Of a stretch of DNA of 64,000 bases, positions 17,158 to 25,209 are shown one piece after another; the first letter of the stretch is position 1; each line of letters begins with the position of its first letter. Both the position numbers and the translations under genes were made by a program. Below the pieces are notes generated by a model. The model worked only from the letters and a program-made list of their open reading frames with translations, did no database searches and was not told the DNA's origin. The stretch lies in the IMG/VR virus record IMGVR_UViG_3300034159_000059. One strand, 5' to 3'. This DNA comes from a virus.

Positions 17158-17243
17158 TTCCTCTCTAGGTCGCCAGGATCATACCTGGCATAGCGTTCAG
17201 GGAGAGAGGCAAGCGGGATAGAGTGAACGTAGTCCCGTGTTTC

Positions 17244-17315
17244 GCCCGAGTAGTTCAGTGGCAGAACGCTGTCTTGACATGGCAGAAGTCGAAGGTTCGA
17301 TTCCTTCCTCGGGCA
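17244..17315 (+). tRNA. tRNA-Val(GAC)
   Basis: acceptor GCCCGAG/CTCGGGC, anticodon arm CTGTC-TTGACAT-GGCAG, T-arm GAAGGTTCGATTCCTTC. Confidence 0.8.
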
Positions 17316-17438
17316 CTCGCAGCACCTCTTTGAACCGTGACGCGGGCCGATAACCCGCCTCTCCGGGAATGGAGGGTCATCGCCTTGCGACGGTGACACG
17401 CTGCGAACCCATTTCCCCAAAGCATCAGGAGACGAACA

Positions 17439-17848
17439 TGGATGAGAGAGCATGGGCGGTTGGGTTGGCTCCTACCTACCAGAGGATGAGCAGGACGCAG
17501 ACGGACACTTTCGTCGTGGCGTCTATGGCTGAGGCCGTAGCCGAGGAAGATGTGCCAGAAGCCGAGGAAGCGTTCCTCGTCCAGGTCCTCAACAAGCGTA
17601 TCGAGGTCCACAACCTGCCGATCAGTTTTTCTGGACCGGCGAAGATGGCGGTGCTCGCTCTGACGGATCGACCGGGCTCTGTGGTCGCTCTTCTGATCGA
17701 TTGCCTCAACGCCTACGAAGGCCAGAAGGTCACCGTGGAGAAGCTGGCGGATCTTTACCCTACCGGCTTCTACGACGAGGACACTCTCATCCGCTACGCG
17801 GATCAGTACTTGAAGACGCGAAAGGTGAAGTGGTCTGATCTGTACTAG
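17439..17848 (+). CDS. hypothetical protein
   Basis: 136 aa, AGGAGACGAAC SD. Confidence 0.5.
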
Positions 17849-17855
17849 AAGCAGT

Positions 17856-17927
17856 GGGCTCTTCGTCTAGCGGTCTGGATGCTGCCTCGGCAAGGCAGAG
17901 GTACCGGTTCAACCCCGGTAGGGTCCA
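17856..17927 (+). tRNA. tRNA-Ala(GGC); loop TCGGCAA has C at position 33
   Basis: G3:U70 in acceptor GGGCTCT/AGGGTCC, anticodon stem CTGCC/GGCAG, T-arm ACCGGTTCAACCCCGGT. Confidence 0.65.
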
Positions 17928-17942
17928 TCTACAAGGAGACAA

Positions 17943-18582
17943 CATGAGCTTCAAACTCTACGAAGCCTATAGGCTGAAGCCTGGAGTAGATCTCTGGGAG
18001 TTCGTTCACGACGTTCGGATCAAGGCTCAGAGACGAGCCGGGAGGATCCTTCGCACGGTGTATACGTCCCTGTTGCAAGACGCAGAGACGAACAAGAAGA
18101 TGAGGGAGGAGATCCTCAAGGCTTATTCACAAGGTCGTGAAATCCCTGACAGGCCTGTCGGAGCGGTAGACTGCGCTTGCTGGGTGCGAGAGAAGTACAA
18201 GCAGGCCTCTATCTCTCCCCGTAGGGATAAATTTGACCTCGACGTCTCGATCTCCTTCAGAAAGTACAAGCGCCACTGGTACATCATCCCATTCCCCGGA
18301 TCCGGCCTATTCAACAATGTACTTTCGTTCATGCGGAAGGATCCGAGACTGGAGGAGTACCACTATCAGAACCAGACGGATAAGAGCGCCAAATACTCGA
18401 ACCGAGAGTGGGGGCGAAGGAGGAAGATCTGGTTCTACCTCATGGACTACCTCAAGAACGAAGATCGCGAAGGAGACCAGCTCTGCTTGGCCATCTGCAA
18501 GCATGACATGTTCACTAAAGTCGACCCTTCCCTAGCCATGTTTCAAGAACGGCACAAGAGGAAGAGGCGCAAGAAGAAGTGA
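17943..18582 (+). CDS. hypothetical protein with basic C-terminus
   Basis: 213 aa, CAAGGAGACAAC SD. Confidence 0.55.
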
Positions 18583-18590
18583 CGTAGGAC

Positions 18591-18666
18591 GGGCCTATAG
18601 CTCCAACGGTAGAGCAGCGCCTTTGCAAGGCGACGGTTGCCGGTTCAAGTCCGGCTGGGTCCACCA
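18591..18666 (+). tRNA. tRNA-Ala(TGC), CCA encoded
   Basis: G3:U70 in acceptor GGGCCTA/TGGGTCC, anticodon loop TTTGCAA, T-arm GCCGGTTCAAGTCCGGC, then ACCA. Confidence 0.75.
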
Positions 18667-18668
18667 CT

Positions 18669-18739
18669 GCCTCCACAGCTCGAAGGTAGAGCACATCCTT
18701 GGTAAGGATGAGGTCTGGGTTCGATTCCCAGTGGAGGCT
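18669..18739 (+). tRNA. tRNA-Thr(GGT)
   Basis: acceptor GCCTCCA/TGGAGGC, anticodon arm CATCC-TTGGTAA-GGATG, T-arm CTGGGTTCGATTCCCAG. Confidence 0.75.
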
Positions 18740-18755
18740 CTGAGAGGAGATGAGG

Positions 18756-19001
18756 ATGTTGCTTCCGAAACCAGAGTGTAGCTGCGGCTTCACGAAGAAG
18801 CAGATCGTGGGAATCATGGGGCTCCGAACGGAGGAGTTCTGGGACTGGATGCGGAACCAGACCGTGATGCTCTGTGACGGCAAGGAGTACAACCACGCGG
18901 AGAAGAGGTATCAAGTGGTTTGTGATGGAGTCGCCCACGGCACCGTCATCTACCAGAGGGACGTGGAACGCTTCCTTGCAGGTCTCCCTGTTCGCGACTG
19001 A
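18756..19001 (+). CDS. hypothetical protein
   Basis: 81 aa, GAGAGGAGATGAGG SD. Confidence 0.45.
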   Translation: MLLPKPECSCGFTKKQIVGIMGLRTEEFWDWMRNQTVMLCDGKEYNHAEKRYQVVCDGVAHGTVIYQRDVERFLAGLPVRD

Positions 19002-19165
19002 GGGCACTGTGGCCGAAAGACCGCTCGAATGGTGGGAAGAAGAGCAGCTCAGGCTCCTTGAGGCCGCGAGTGTTCATCACGGGATCGACATCACAAAGGA
19101 CCTCCAGCGTTTTCGGGAACACCCGGACGAGTGGAGAGCCTTCCGAGAAAAGCTGAATGAGCCAT

Positions 19166-19239
19166 CTCCCCGTAGCTCAACGGATCAGAGCACTTGACTA
19201 CGGATCAAGAGGCTGAGAGTTCGAATCTCTCCGGGGAGT
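19166..19239 (+). tRNA. tRNA-Arg(ACG)
   Basis: acceptor CTCCCCG/CGGGGAG, anticodon arm CTTGA-CTACGGA-TCAAG, T-arm GAGAGTTCGAATCTCTC. Confidence 0.75.
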
Positions 19240-19247
19240 CCAATCAT

Positions 19248-19321
19248 ACCCCTGTAGCTCAGTGGATGAGAGCGCTGGTTTCCGAAACCAGAGGCCGCAG
19301 GTTCAAGTCCTGCCAGGGGTA
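19248..19321 (+). tRNA. tRNA-Arg(CCG)
   Basis: acceptor ACCCCTG/CAGGGGT, anticodon arm CTGGT-TTCCGAA-ACCAG, T-arm GCAGGTTCAAGTCCTGC. Confidence 0.75.
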
Positions 19322-19324
19322 CTT

Positions 19325-19397
19325 GCTCTCGTGGCCCAATGGACAAGGCAGCGGTTTCCTAAACCGCAGACTGCTGGTTCGAATCCAGCCGAGAGCG
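19325..19397 (+). tRNA. tRNA-Arg(CCT)
   Basis: acceptor GCTCTCG/CGAGAGC, anticodon arm GCGGT-TTCCTAA-ACCGC, T-arm GCTGGTTCGAATCCAGC. Confidence 0.75.
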
Positions 19398-19494
19398 TCA
19401 AGCACGGTGCCTGTGGACTAAGGCGGGCACACTGGAGGAGGACCTGCCGACTAAGCCACAAGGGTCCCTCCCACAAGTTGATATGGAGACTCAG

Positions 19495-19707
19495 ATGCCA
19501 AAGAAAGTTCTCGTCTACTTCAAGGCCATGACAGACGGAGATGAGAATCTCAGCAAGGTCGTCGAGGCTACAGAAGATGAGTGGAGAGCTCTCAAGCGCA
19601 CCGAGGGAGCCGAGGAAGATCTCTTCGACAAGGTGTACAAGCGTAGAGGTATCAACTGTACGATCGAGGAGCTGAAGAAGATTTCTCGACGTATTCCGAT
19701 GGTATGA
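19495..19707 (+). CDS. hypothetical protein
   Basis: 70 aa, ATGGAGACTCAG SD. Confidence 0.45.
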   Translation: MPKKVLVYFKAMTDGDENLSKVVEATEDEWRALKRTEGAEEDLFDKVYKRRGINCTIEELKKISRRIPMV

Positions 19708-19714
19708 TGGTTGA

Positions 19715-19800
19715 CGCGGGGTCGTCTAGCGGTCGAGGACATCGGGCTCATAACCCGAAAGGCGCAAGCCTCATCGTGAGTTCAAATCTCACCCCCGCAA
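19715..19800 (+). tRNA. initiator tRNA-fMet(CAT) with 17-nt variable region carrying a GNRA hairpin
   Basis: 5' CGCGGGG and 3' CCCCGCAA (C1xA72 mismatch), anticodon arm TCGGGCTCATAACCCGA with three G:C pairs, all identical to E. coli tRNA-fMet; variable region AAGGCGCAAGCCTCATC instead of 5 nt. Confidence 0.75.
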
Positions 19801-19815
19801 CTTTTGGAGAAGTAC

Positions 19816-20025
19816 ATGGCCGACTACAAAGTGGAGCTGGATCTAACAGCAGGAGAGTTGGTAGCTCTTGGGTACGTAGTCATGAAAGGCTACATGGCGG
19901 CGAAGGAGAGCGAAGACGTCTGCCTCCCCGACATCAGAACTCTGTCGGACAAGATCACCGCTCTCATGGGAGGGGTCTCGCCCTTACCTGTGAAGGAAGA
20001 AACCAAGCGGATCGTGGAGCTGTGA
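19816..20025 (+). CDS. small protein with C-terminal KRIVEL tag
   Basis: 69 aa, GGAGAAGTAC SD; ends ...VKEETKRIVEL. Confidence 0.5.
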   Translation: MADYKVELDLTAGELVALGYVVMKGYMAAKESEDVCLPDIRTLSDKITALMGGVSPLPVKEETKRIVEL

Positions 20026-20027
20026 CA

Positions 20028-20099
20028 CAGTGAGCTGGCCGATTGGTAAGGCACTCGCCCCATAAGCGAGATCATTCGGGTTCAAATCCCGAGCTCACT
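20028..20099 (+). tRNA. tRNA-Met/Ile2(CAT); loop CCCATAA has C at position 33
   Basis: A1:U72 acceptor AGTGAGC/GCTCACT, anticodon stem CTCGC/GCGAG, T-arm TCGGGTTCAAATCCCGA. Confidence 0.6.
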
Positions 20100-20101
20100 A
20101 C

Positions 20102-20176
20102 CCGAGGAGAGTGGAGCTGGTGACCCCGGCTGTCCCACACACAGCCTCTCGCTGGGTTCGATTCCCAGTCCTCGGA
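20102..20176 (+). tRNA. tRNA-like, anticodon uncertain (6-bp anticodon stem, loop CCCACAC, weak D arm)
   Basis: acceptor CCGAGGA/TCCTCGG, stem GGCTGT/ACAGCC, T-arm CTGGGTTCGATTCCCAG; followed (20177-20215) by an orphan second T-arm CAAGGTTCGATTCCTTG. Confidence 0.3.
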
Positions 20177-20671
20177 CTGAAAGCGTCGCAAGGTTCGATT
20201 CCTTGGGCGCGGACTCTTCATCGCGGGATGTTGGCCTAAAAGCAGCCATCATTCAAAGAGTGGACAAAGGCAGGAAGTCGTTGGGGAGAAAGCTACTTGC
20301 GAAGCACCCTGTAGAATGTCGCAAGGGGAGAAGGCCAGTCAGGGACGGACGGGCAGGATCAAGGCTCATAGAGACTGGGAACCCGTGAACCGCTAATGCT
20401 GTGACACTGGCAACCGAAACACGAATCCTGGGAGCACCGGGGCAAGTCGGGCTAGACCCGATTTCTTTCAAGTGTCCGAGAGCGCCCTCTGGCGCAAGGC
20501 TCGGCTTCTCTGATCCTCAAGACCTGACGGGCCCGTCGGGAACGAGGCTGGGTCGGCTCCATTGGGGAGTCCGATAAGTCAGAGACTCGGCACGAAGAAC
20601 GTCTCAGAAGCGTTCGGAAGGAATCCTTTGGCGTAATAGCACACCTCGATGAAGAAACTTACGGAGGAAGC

Positions 20672-20938
20672 GTGGCGAGACGAGAGAGGGAGAAGCTACC
20701 TCTCCAGGAATTCTTCGACCTGAAGCCTGGAGACGTATTCACCGTCTACTATGCAAAGGACGATGATCCAACGGATGTCCGCTTTGAGTATGAGACCAGG
20801 AAGGTCCTCTCGAACAAGGGGGGGAGGATCTCCGACGATGAGGGGGACATCTGGGGGCAGGCTGGGCAGGAACGTATGGACCGAAACGACAACCAGTTCG
20901 ACATGAGTCGAGGCCATGCTCACCTCTACAAAGCTTAG
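20672..20938 (+). CDS. hypothetical acidic protein
   Basis: 88 aa, GTG start 6 nt after GGAGGA. Confidence 0.45.
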   Translation: MARREREKLPLQEFFDLKPGDVFTVYYAKDDDPTDVRFEYETRKVLSNKGGRISDDEGDIWGQAGQERMDRNDNQFDMSRGHAHLYKA

Positions 20939-20945
20939 GAGCACA

Positions 20946-21026
20946 GGTCCAGTGGCGGAATGGTAGACGCGCACGGCTCAGGACCGTGTGGGTAACACCG
21001 TGAGAGTTCGAATCTCTCCTGGACCA
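20946..21026 (+). tRNA. tRNA-Leu(CAG)
   Basis: acceptor GGTCCAG/CTGGACC, anticodon arm CACGG-CTCAGGA-CCGTG, extended variable arm, T-arm GAGAGTTCGAATCTCTC. Confidence 0.7.
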
Positions 21027-21108
21027 TGGGTCCCGAAAACTTCGGAGTAGTCGATGTTTCGGCATCGCACGAAAAGTCGTGAGTAGGGATCCTTCTTTTG
21101 GAGAAGCT

Positions 21109-21417
21109 ATGACTGAAAAAGAGATACAAGAAGGCATCGATTGGATCAGGGCTAGACCGAAAGCTATCCGTGAGCTCATGGTCAAGTTTCCTCCCTCCTG
21201 TCGAGTACGAGCTCTGCGTCCTCTTCGCACTCCATCTCCAGGCAAAGAAGGAGTGGTCATCTCCTACATCGAGAACGAGATGGGACCTCCTTCTCTTCGC
21301 GTCCAAGAACCAGACGGCGAAGTCGCGGCAGAGTGCCTTCCGGAGTGGTTGGAAGTGGTTGGTTACTGGGAACACGCGACTCCGGAGTTCGTGAAGCTCG
21401 CTATCGAAGGGCTGTAG
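21109..21417 (+). CDS. hypothetical protein
   Basis: 102 aa, TTGGAGAAGCT SD. Confidence 0.45.
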   Translation: MTEKEIQEGIDWIRARPKAIRELMVKFPPSCRVRALRPLRTPSPGKEGVVISYIENEMGPPSLRVQEPDGEVAAECLPEWLEVVGYWEHATPEFVKLAIEGL

Positions 21418-21423
21418 AAGTTT

Positions 21424-21506
21424 GCTCGGGTGGCGTAATGGTAGCCGCGCTGGCTTGAGGTGCCAGTGGTCGAAAGATCGTGAGGGTTCGAATCCCTCCC
21501 CGAGTA
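21424..21506 (+). tRNA. tRNA-Leu(GAG)
   Basis: acceptor GCTCGGG/CCCGAGT, anticodon arm CTGGC-TTGAGGT-GCCAG, long variable arm, T-arm GAGGGTTCGAATCCCTC. Confidence 0.75.
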
Positions 21507-21510
21507 CTTT

Positions 21511-21592
21511 GGCCGCGTGGCGGAACTGGTAGACGCGCTGGACTTAGGATCCAGTGCCGAAAGGCGTGAGGGTTCGATTCCCTCTGTGGCCA
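21511..21592 (+). tRNA. tRNA-Leu(TAG)
   Basis: acceptor GGCCGCG/TGTGGCC, anticodon arm CTGGA-CTTAGGA-TCCAG, long variable arm, T-arm GAGGGTTCGATTCCCTC. Confidence 0.75.
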
Positions 21593-21612
21593 CATCTTCT
21601 CTGGAGACAACC

Positions 21613-22092
21613 ATGAGCCGATCCAACAAATCTCGGAACAGCACTCGTACCAAGAGGTGGAAGGATACCGTGAGGGAGAGCCGCACCCAGGTTCGCAGTC
21701 GTGCGAAGTGGAAGAAGGTCACGAAGAACAGCCCGAAGAAGACCGGTGGATCTCGCGTCCCTCAGAAGCCGACTCCGAAGAAGATGACGGAACGAGAGCT
21801 GGTAGCGGAGGGGTTGGCCAACAACGCCACGGCCGAGATCATGGCGCAGTTCATGAAACGAGAGACGCCTATGCTACGCAAGTTCGGACCCAAGGCAGCA
21901 GGACATCCCTCGATCGGGGAACCGTGCCCGGCCTGCAAGGTGCCTTTCAAGGTTGGGGACTACACAGCACTGATCCCCCTCGGACCTGGGGATGATCCAG
22001 AAGAGCAGCAGAAGGCACGAGAGAAGAAGCCGTACACTGCGGTGGCAGTCGAGGTTCACTACGACTGCGCCGACCCACACACGCCCGAGTAG
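21613..22092 (+). CDS. basic hypothetical protein with C-terminal CxxC
   Basis: 159 aa, K/R-rich N-terminus; CTGGAGACAACC SD. Confidence 0.5.
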   Translation: MSRSNKSRNSTRTKRWKDTVRESRTQVRSRAKWKKVTKNSPKKTGGSRVPQKPTPKKMTERELVAEGLANNATAEIMAQFMKRETPMLRKFGPKAAGHPSIGEPCPACKVPFKVGDYTALIPLGPGDDPEEQQKAREKKPYTAVAVEVHYDCADPHTPE

Positions 22093-22158
22093 CGGAACTG
22101 GTAGACGCGGCTGGCTCAAACCCAGTGTCTCTTGAGAGTTCGAATCTCTCCTCGGGTA
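22083..22158 (+). tRNA. tRNA-Leu(CAA)-like with short (7-nt) variable region
   Basis: acceptor GCCCGAG/CTCGGGT, A73 discriminator, anticodon arm GCTGG-CTCAAAC-CCAGT, T-arm GAGAGTTCGAATCTCTC. Confidence 0.6.
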
Positions 22159-22203
22159 CCATTCGTAGTACAACCGTAGCCAAGAAAGGAGGGCGTCGCG
22201 CCC

Positions 22204-22749
22204 ATGGACACACTGGTCCTATCGCACGCTTACGAGCCCGTCGCCCATGTTCCGTGGCAACGGGCCATCACCTTGCTCTTCGAGGGCAAGGTGGAGGTCG
22301 TTGAGGAGTACGAGAACCGCTCTGTTCGTTCGGTGACCTTGGAGATCAAGATCCCCGCCGTCATCCGATTTCTTCGAGCAGTCCACAGCAGGAAGAGGGC
22401 CATCAAGTTCTCTCGTGAGAACGTGTACGCCCGAGACAGTGGACGCTGTCAGTACTGCAACAAGAGGGTTCCTCGTCCCGAGGCCACCTACGACCACGTC
22501 ACTCCACGCTCTCAGGGTGGCCAAACGACGTGGGAGAACGTGGTCATCGCATGCACTCCGTGTAACCAGAGGAAGGGCGGGCGGACTCCGCAGCAGGCCA
22601 AGATGCATCTGCTCTCGGTTCCGGTGAGACCGAAGAAGCTGCCGAACACGTTCCGCCTCACGTTCACGGTGGACAGGAACATCCCAGACGCCTGGAAGCA
22701 GTGGCTCGCCTCATACCACTACTGGCAGGATGAGCTGGAGCAGGGATGA
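22204..22749 (+). CDS. HNH homing endonuclease
   Basis: CQYCNKRVPRPEATYDHVTPRSQGGQTTWENVVIACTPCNQRKG HNH motif; AAAGGAGGG SD. Confidence 0.7.
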   Translation: MDTLVLSHAYEPVAHVPWQRAITLLFEGKVEVVEEYENRSVRSVTLEIKIPAVIRFLRAVHSRKRAIKFSRENVYARDSGRCQYCNKRVPRPEATYDHVTPRSQGGQTTWENVVIACTPCNQRKGGRTPQQAKMHLLSVPVRPKKLPNTFRLTFTVDRNIPDAWKQWLASYHYWQDELEQG

Positions 22750-23045
22750 TTCAAGAACTCATCGATGCTGAGATCGACCGGCTAGCCAAAGAGTTCGGCC
22801 CGCCCAAGAATGACATCGAAGAGATCATGGTACGTAGACGGCTCTTCAACATCCAAAGCGAGGATCTCATCGGCCAAGTCGTCGATGAGATCCTCACCAA
22901 GGTGCGCAAGCGTACTGTCTCTGTCGTCGTAAGCCAGTGCATGCGCTACAAGAACCTCGACCCCACCATCGTCGAGCGTGTGGTTCGTAGAAAGTTGGAG
23001 GTTGAGCCATGTGTACTCGATACATCAACAAGGTTGCCACTCTGA
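22746..23045 (+). CDS. hypothetical protein
   Basis: 99 aa, ATGA overlap with upstream stop. Confidence 0.45.
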   Translation: MIQELIDAEIDRLAKEFGPPKNDIEEIMVRRRLFNIQSEDLIGQVVDEILTKVRKRTVSVVVSQCMRYKNLDPTIVERVVRRKLEVEPCVLDTSTRLPL

Positions 23046-23218
23046 CCTGCTGTCAGTGTGGTAGGACCAGCCCTCTCTTCAGCACCATTCAGTGCTCCTG
23101 CGGGCACAAGGCGTGCCCTCTAGTCCTCGATACGTTGGAGCTGGACGAGAAGATGCTGGAGAGGATGATTCGTAGAGTCTTGGAGAGTGAACCGGCTGGG
23201 CAGCCGGCATCGCCATGA
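23009..23218 (+). CDS. small Cys-rich (zinc-ribbon-like) protein
   Basis: CCQCG...CSCGHKAC; GGAGG SD; overlaps upstream ORF. Confidence 0.35.
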   Translation: MCTRYINKVATLTCCQCGRTSPLFSTIQCSCGHKACPLVLDTLELDEKMLERMIRRVLESEPAGQPASP

Positions 23219-23682
23219 TGAAGGTAATACAGAGGCTGTGTGGAAACTGTGGGATTTCTTTCCTTGCTATCGGAAAGTACCCTCGTCAGTACTGTAGCGA
23301 TGTCTGCTCAAGATCCATCGGAAGCACCAAGCAGCAGCAAGACATCTACGAAAAGTACATTCGTAGCTGGAAAGCTGGAGAGGTAGACGGCAGCAAAGGG
23401 TGTAACCAGATCTCCGGCCACATCCGCCGCTACCTCTTCGAGAAGTACAACAGCAAGTGCTGCAAATGTGGATGGGGAGAGACTAACCCGCACACAGGGA
23501 AGATCCCGTTGGAGGTCGAACACATCGATGGGAATTGGCAGAACAACAAGGAAGAGAATCTCCTCTTGCTCTGCCCGAACTGCCACTCCCTGACACCAAC
23601 ATATAGGGCTCTAAACAAGGGCCACGGCAGACCAGTACGACGTATGGAGAGTGAAGCTCGCATGGGCGAGCCGCCCGTTTGA
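23215..23682 (+). CDS. HNH homing endonuclease
   Basis: CCKCGWGETNP...LEVEHIDGNWQNN...LLLLCPNCH HNH motif. Confidence 0.7.
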   Translation: MMKVIQRLCGNCGISFLAIGKYPRQYCSDVCSRSIGSTKQQQDIYEKYIRSWKAGEVDGSKGCNQISGHIRRYLFEKYNSKCCKCGWGETNPHTGKIPLEVEHIDGNWQNNKEENLLLLCPNCHSLTPTYRALNKGHGRPVRRMESEARMGEPPV

Positions 23683-23823
23683 AGCGGGATGGAGCCCTCC
23701 GGGGCTTGGGGATCGGGCCCTCCTCTCTCCGCCACATTCGTCCCTGATGCGGTAACCAGCCCGCCGTGTTTGGAATCAGGGATGAAGCAGGGCGCCTCAG
23801 CCTGTGATCTGAGGCACTTTCAT

Positions 23824-23908
23824 GGAAAGCGTAGTCGGAGTGGTCCGACACCGGTCTCGAAAACCGGGCATGGCTTCGGCTGTGAGGGTTCGACTCCCTA
23901 GCTTTCCG
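23824..23908 (+). tRNA. tRNA-Ser(CGA)
   Basis: type II: acceptor GGAAAGC/GCTTTCC, anticodon arm CCGGT-CTCGAAA-ACCGG, long variable hairpin GGCTTCGGCT. Confidence 0.7.
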
Positions 23909-23911
23909 TTT

Positions 23912-24001
23912 GGAGCCAGCAGACCGGGAGGGTCCCGGCACCAGCTTGGAACGCTGGTCATCGCGCAAGCGGTGGAGGTTCGATCCCTCATGGCTCCGCC
24001 A
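23912..24001 (+). tRNA. tRNA-Ser(GGA), CCA encoded
   Basis: type II: acceptor GGAGCCA/TGGCTCC, anticodon arm CCAGC-TTGGAAC-GCTGG, variable hairpin CGCGCAAGCG, then GCCA. Confidence 0.7.
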
Positions 24002-24005
24002 ACCT

Positions 24006-24074
24006 CCCCAGGCCTGGTGGTCGGATGCTCGACGCGCAACGAGCAGGTTCGTTCAACGCGAACCCTGGGGGCCA
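24006..24074 (+). tRNA. tRNA-like with 8-nt anticodon loop (ACGCGCAA), CCA encoded; identity unknown
   Basis: acceptor CCCCAGG/CCTGGGG, stem GCTCG/CGAGC, T-arm GTTCG-TTCAACG-CGAAC, then GCCA; reduced D arm. Confidence 0.3.
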
Positions 24075-24344
24075 CACCGCGTAGGAGACGACGATGGAAG
24101 AGGGTCAAAAGACTCGACGTTGGAAGTCCTTCCGACGCCTGATGCCGACCGCCCCAGACTGGGAATACGGGCTCTGGATCTCATCGAAGTGGAAAGAGTT
24201 CGCCAACTCCAAGGGAGTGATGAAGTCGTTTGACTCAAGCTATTTCAACGCTCTCATGCTGACAGACCAGTACTGGTTCAACCTCGACAAGCTCCAGAAC
24301 GACTTCGACGATTGGCTGGAGCAGCTTCCAAGAACGGAAACGCC

Positions 24345-24815
24345 ATGCGAGTGCTCTTCCTCGACGACATGAAGATTCGCCACGAAGCCTACGCGAAAAC
24401 CCACATCGGCCAGGACACCGTGTACGTCTTCACGGCAAAAGAGGCGAAGGACGTGCTCGACAACCAGCCGCGTTTTGACCGAGCCCAGCTAGACCACGAC
24501 CTCGCCGAGGAGCATTACTTGGAGCTCTCCGAGGGCCTTTACGAGAGCGCGCAGCACTCTCCCACCTGCCTCGTTTCTCAAGGGCACGTCTACGCATGCA
24601 CCTGCGGAGCGCAGGAAGACGCCTACAAGACGAAGAAGCTCGTCGGCACTGGGATGGACGTCGTCGACCACATCGTGGCCATGGATCCCTACAAGCGTCC
24701 CAGGTACGTGATCATCCACTCTTACAACGAGAGGGGTGCCGAGATGCTGCGACGTCTCAAAGACGCCGGCGTCCCATCCGTCTGGATCCGTTTCGATCCC
24801 AAGAGCACTTTCTAG
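24345..24815 (+). CDS. hypothetical protein
   Basis: ORF 24312-24815; ATG 24345 chosen; overlaps the 3' end of ORF 24094-24372, whose frame is also open. Confidence 0.4.
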   Translation: MRVLFLDDMKIRHEAYAKTHIGQDTVYVFTAKEAKDVLDNQPRFDRAQLDHDLAEEHYLELSEGLYESAQHSPTCLVSQGHVYACTCGAQEDAYKTKKLVGTGMDVVDHIVAMDPYKRPRYVIIHSYNERGAEMLRRLKDAGVPSVWIRFDPKSTF

Positions 24816-24824
24816 GAGCACACG

Positions 24825-24903
24825 GTCGGGAGGGCCCCGACACTCGCCTGCTAAACGAGTCACTCCGCAAGGGGTGCCGGTTCGATCCCGGGGTGCTCCG
24901 CCA
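24825..24903 (+). tRNA. tRNA-Ser(GCT), CCA encoded
   Basis: acceptor GGAGCAC/GTGCTCC, anticodon loop CTGCTAA, long variable arm, T-arm GCCGGTTCGATCCCGGG, then GCCA. Confidence 0.7.
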
Positions 24904-24916
24904 TTCAGGAGACGAC

Positions 24917-25201
24917 ATGAAGAAGACCAAGAAGAGAGAAATCGGTAGGCTAGTGATAGGGCTCCACCTCTTCACCGGGCCAGCTCACTCTGCTGCTTGC
25001 CGAGCCATCTACCGAGTCGACTTCTCAGATGGCTCGACAGAGACAGTGTCTGGTCTCTCCGTAATGTCCCTGACGCACCCACAACGCAAGGATGATCCAC
25101 ACGCGCGTCCGGATCTGTATGCGGTACTGGAGGCGGCTCTACCTCTGGCCAAAGAGCTAGAGAATGCCTGTGTCAAAGCAGACGGCGTGCATATCAAGTA
25201 A
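24917..25201 (+). CDS. hypothetical protein
   Basis: 94 aa, AGGAGACGAC SD. Confidence 0.5.
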   Translation: MKKTKKREIGRLVIGLHLFTGPAHSAACRAIYRVDFSDGSTETVSGLSVMSLTHPQRKDDPHARPDLYAVLEAALPLAKELENACVKADGVHIK

Positions 25202-25209
25202 AGCCAGAC

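Noticed and set aside
15759-17453. 564-aa - strand ORF spanning the coiled-coil gene and three tRNAs
   Set aside because: Overlaps well-supported tRNA genes and a motif-bearing + strand CDS; composition is that of an antisense GC-rich frame.
19704-20033. 109-aa + ORF overlapping the initiator tRNA and the small tagged gene
   Set aside because: Covers an unambiguous tRNA; its frame differs from the SD-preceded 69-aa gene ending in KRIVEL.
20216-20671. Possible RNase P RNA or 6S RNA in the noncoding region
   Set aside because: The conserved RNase P P4 and GGAAAGUCCGGGCUCC-type motifs could not be found by eye; left as an unclassified structured region.
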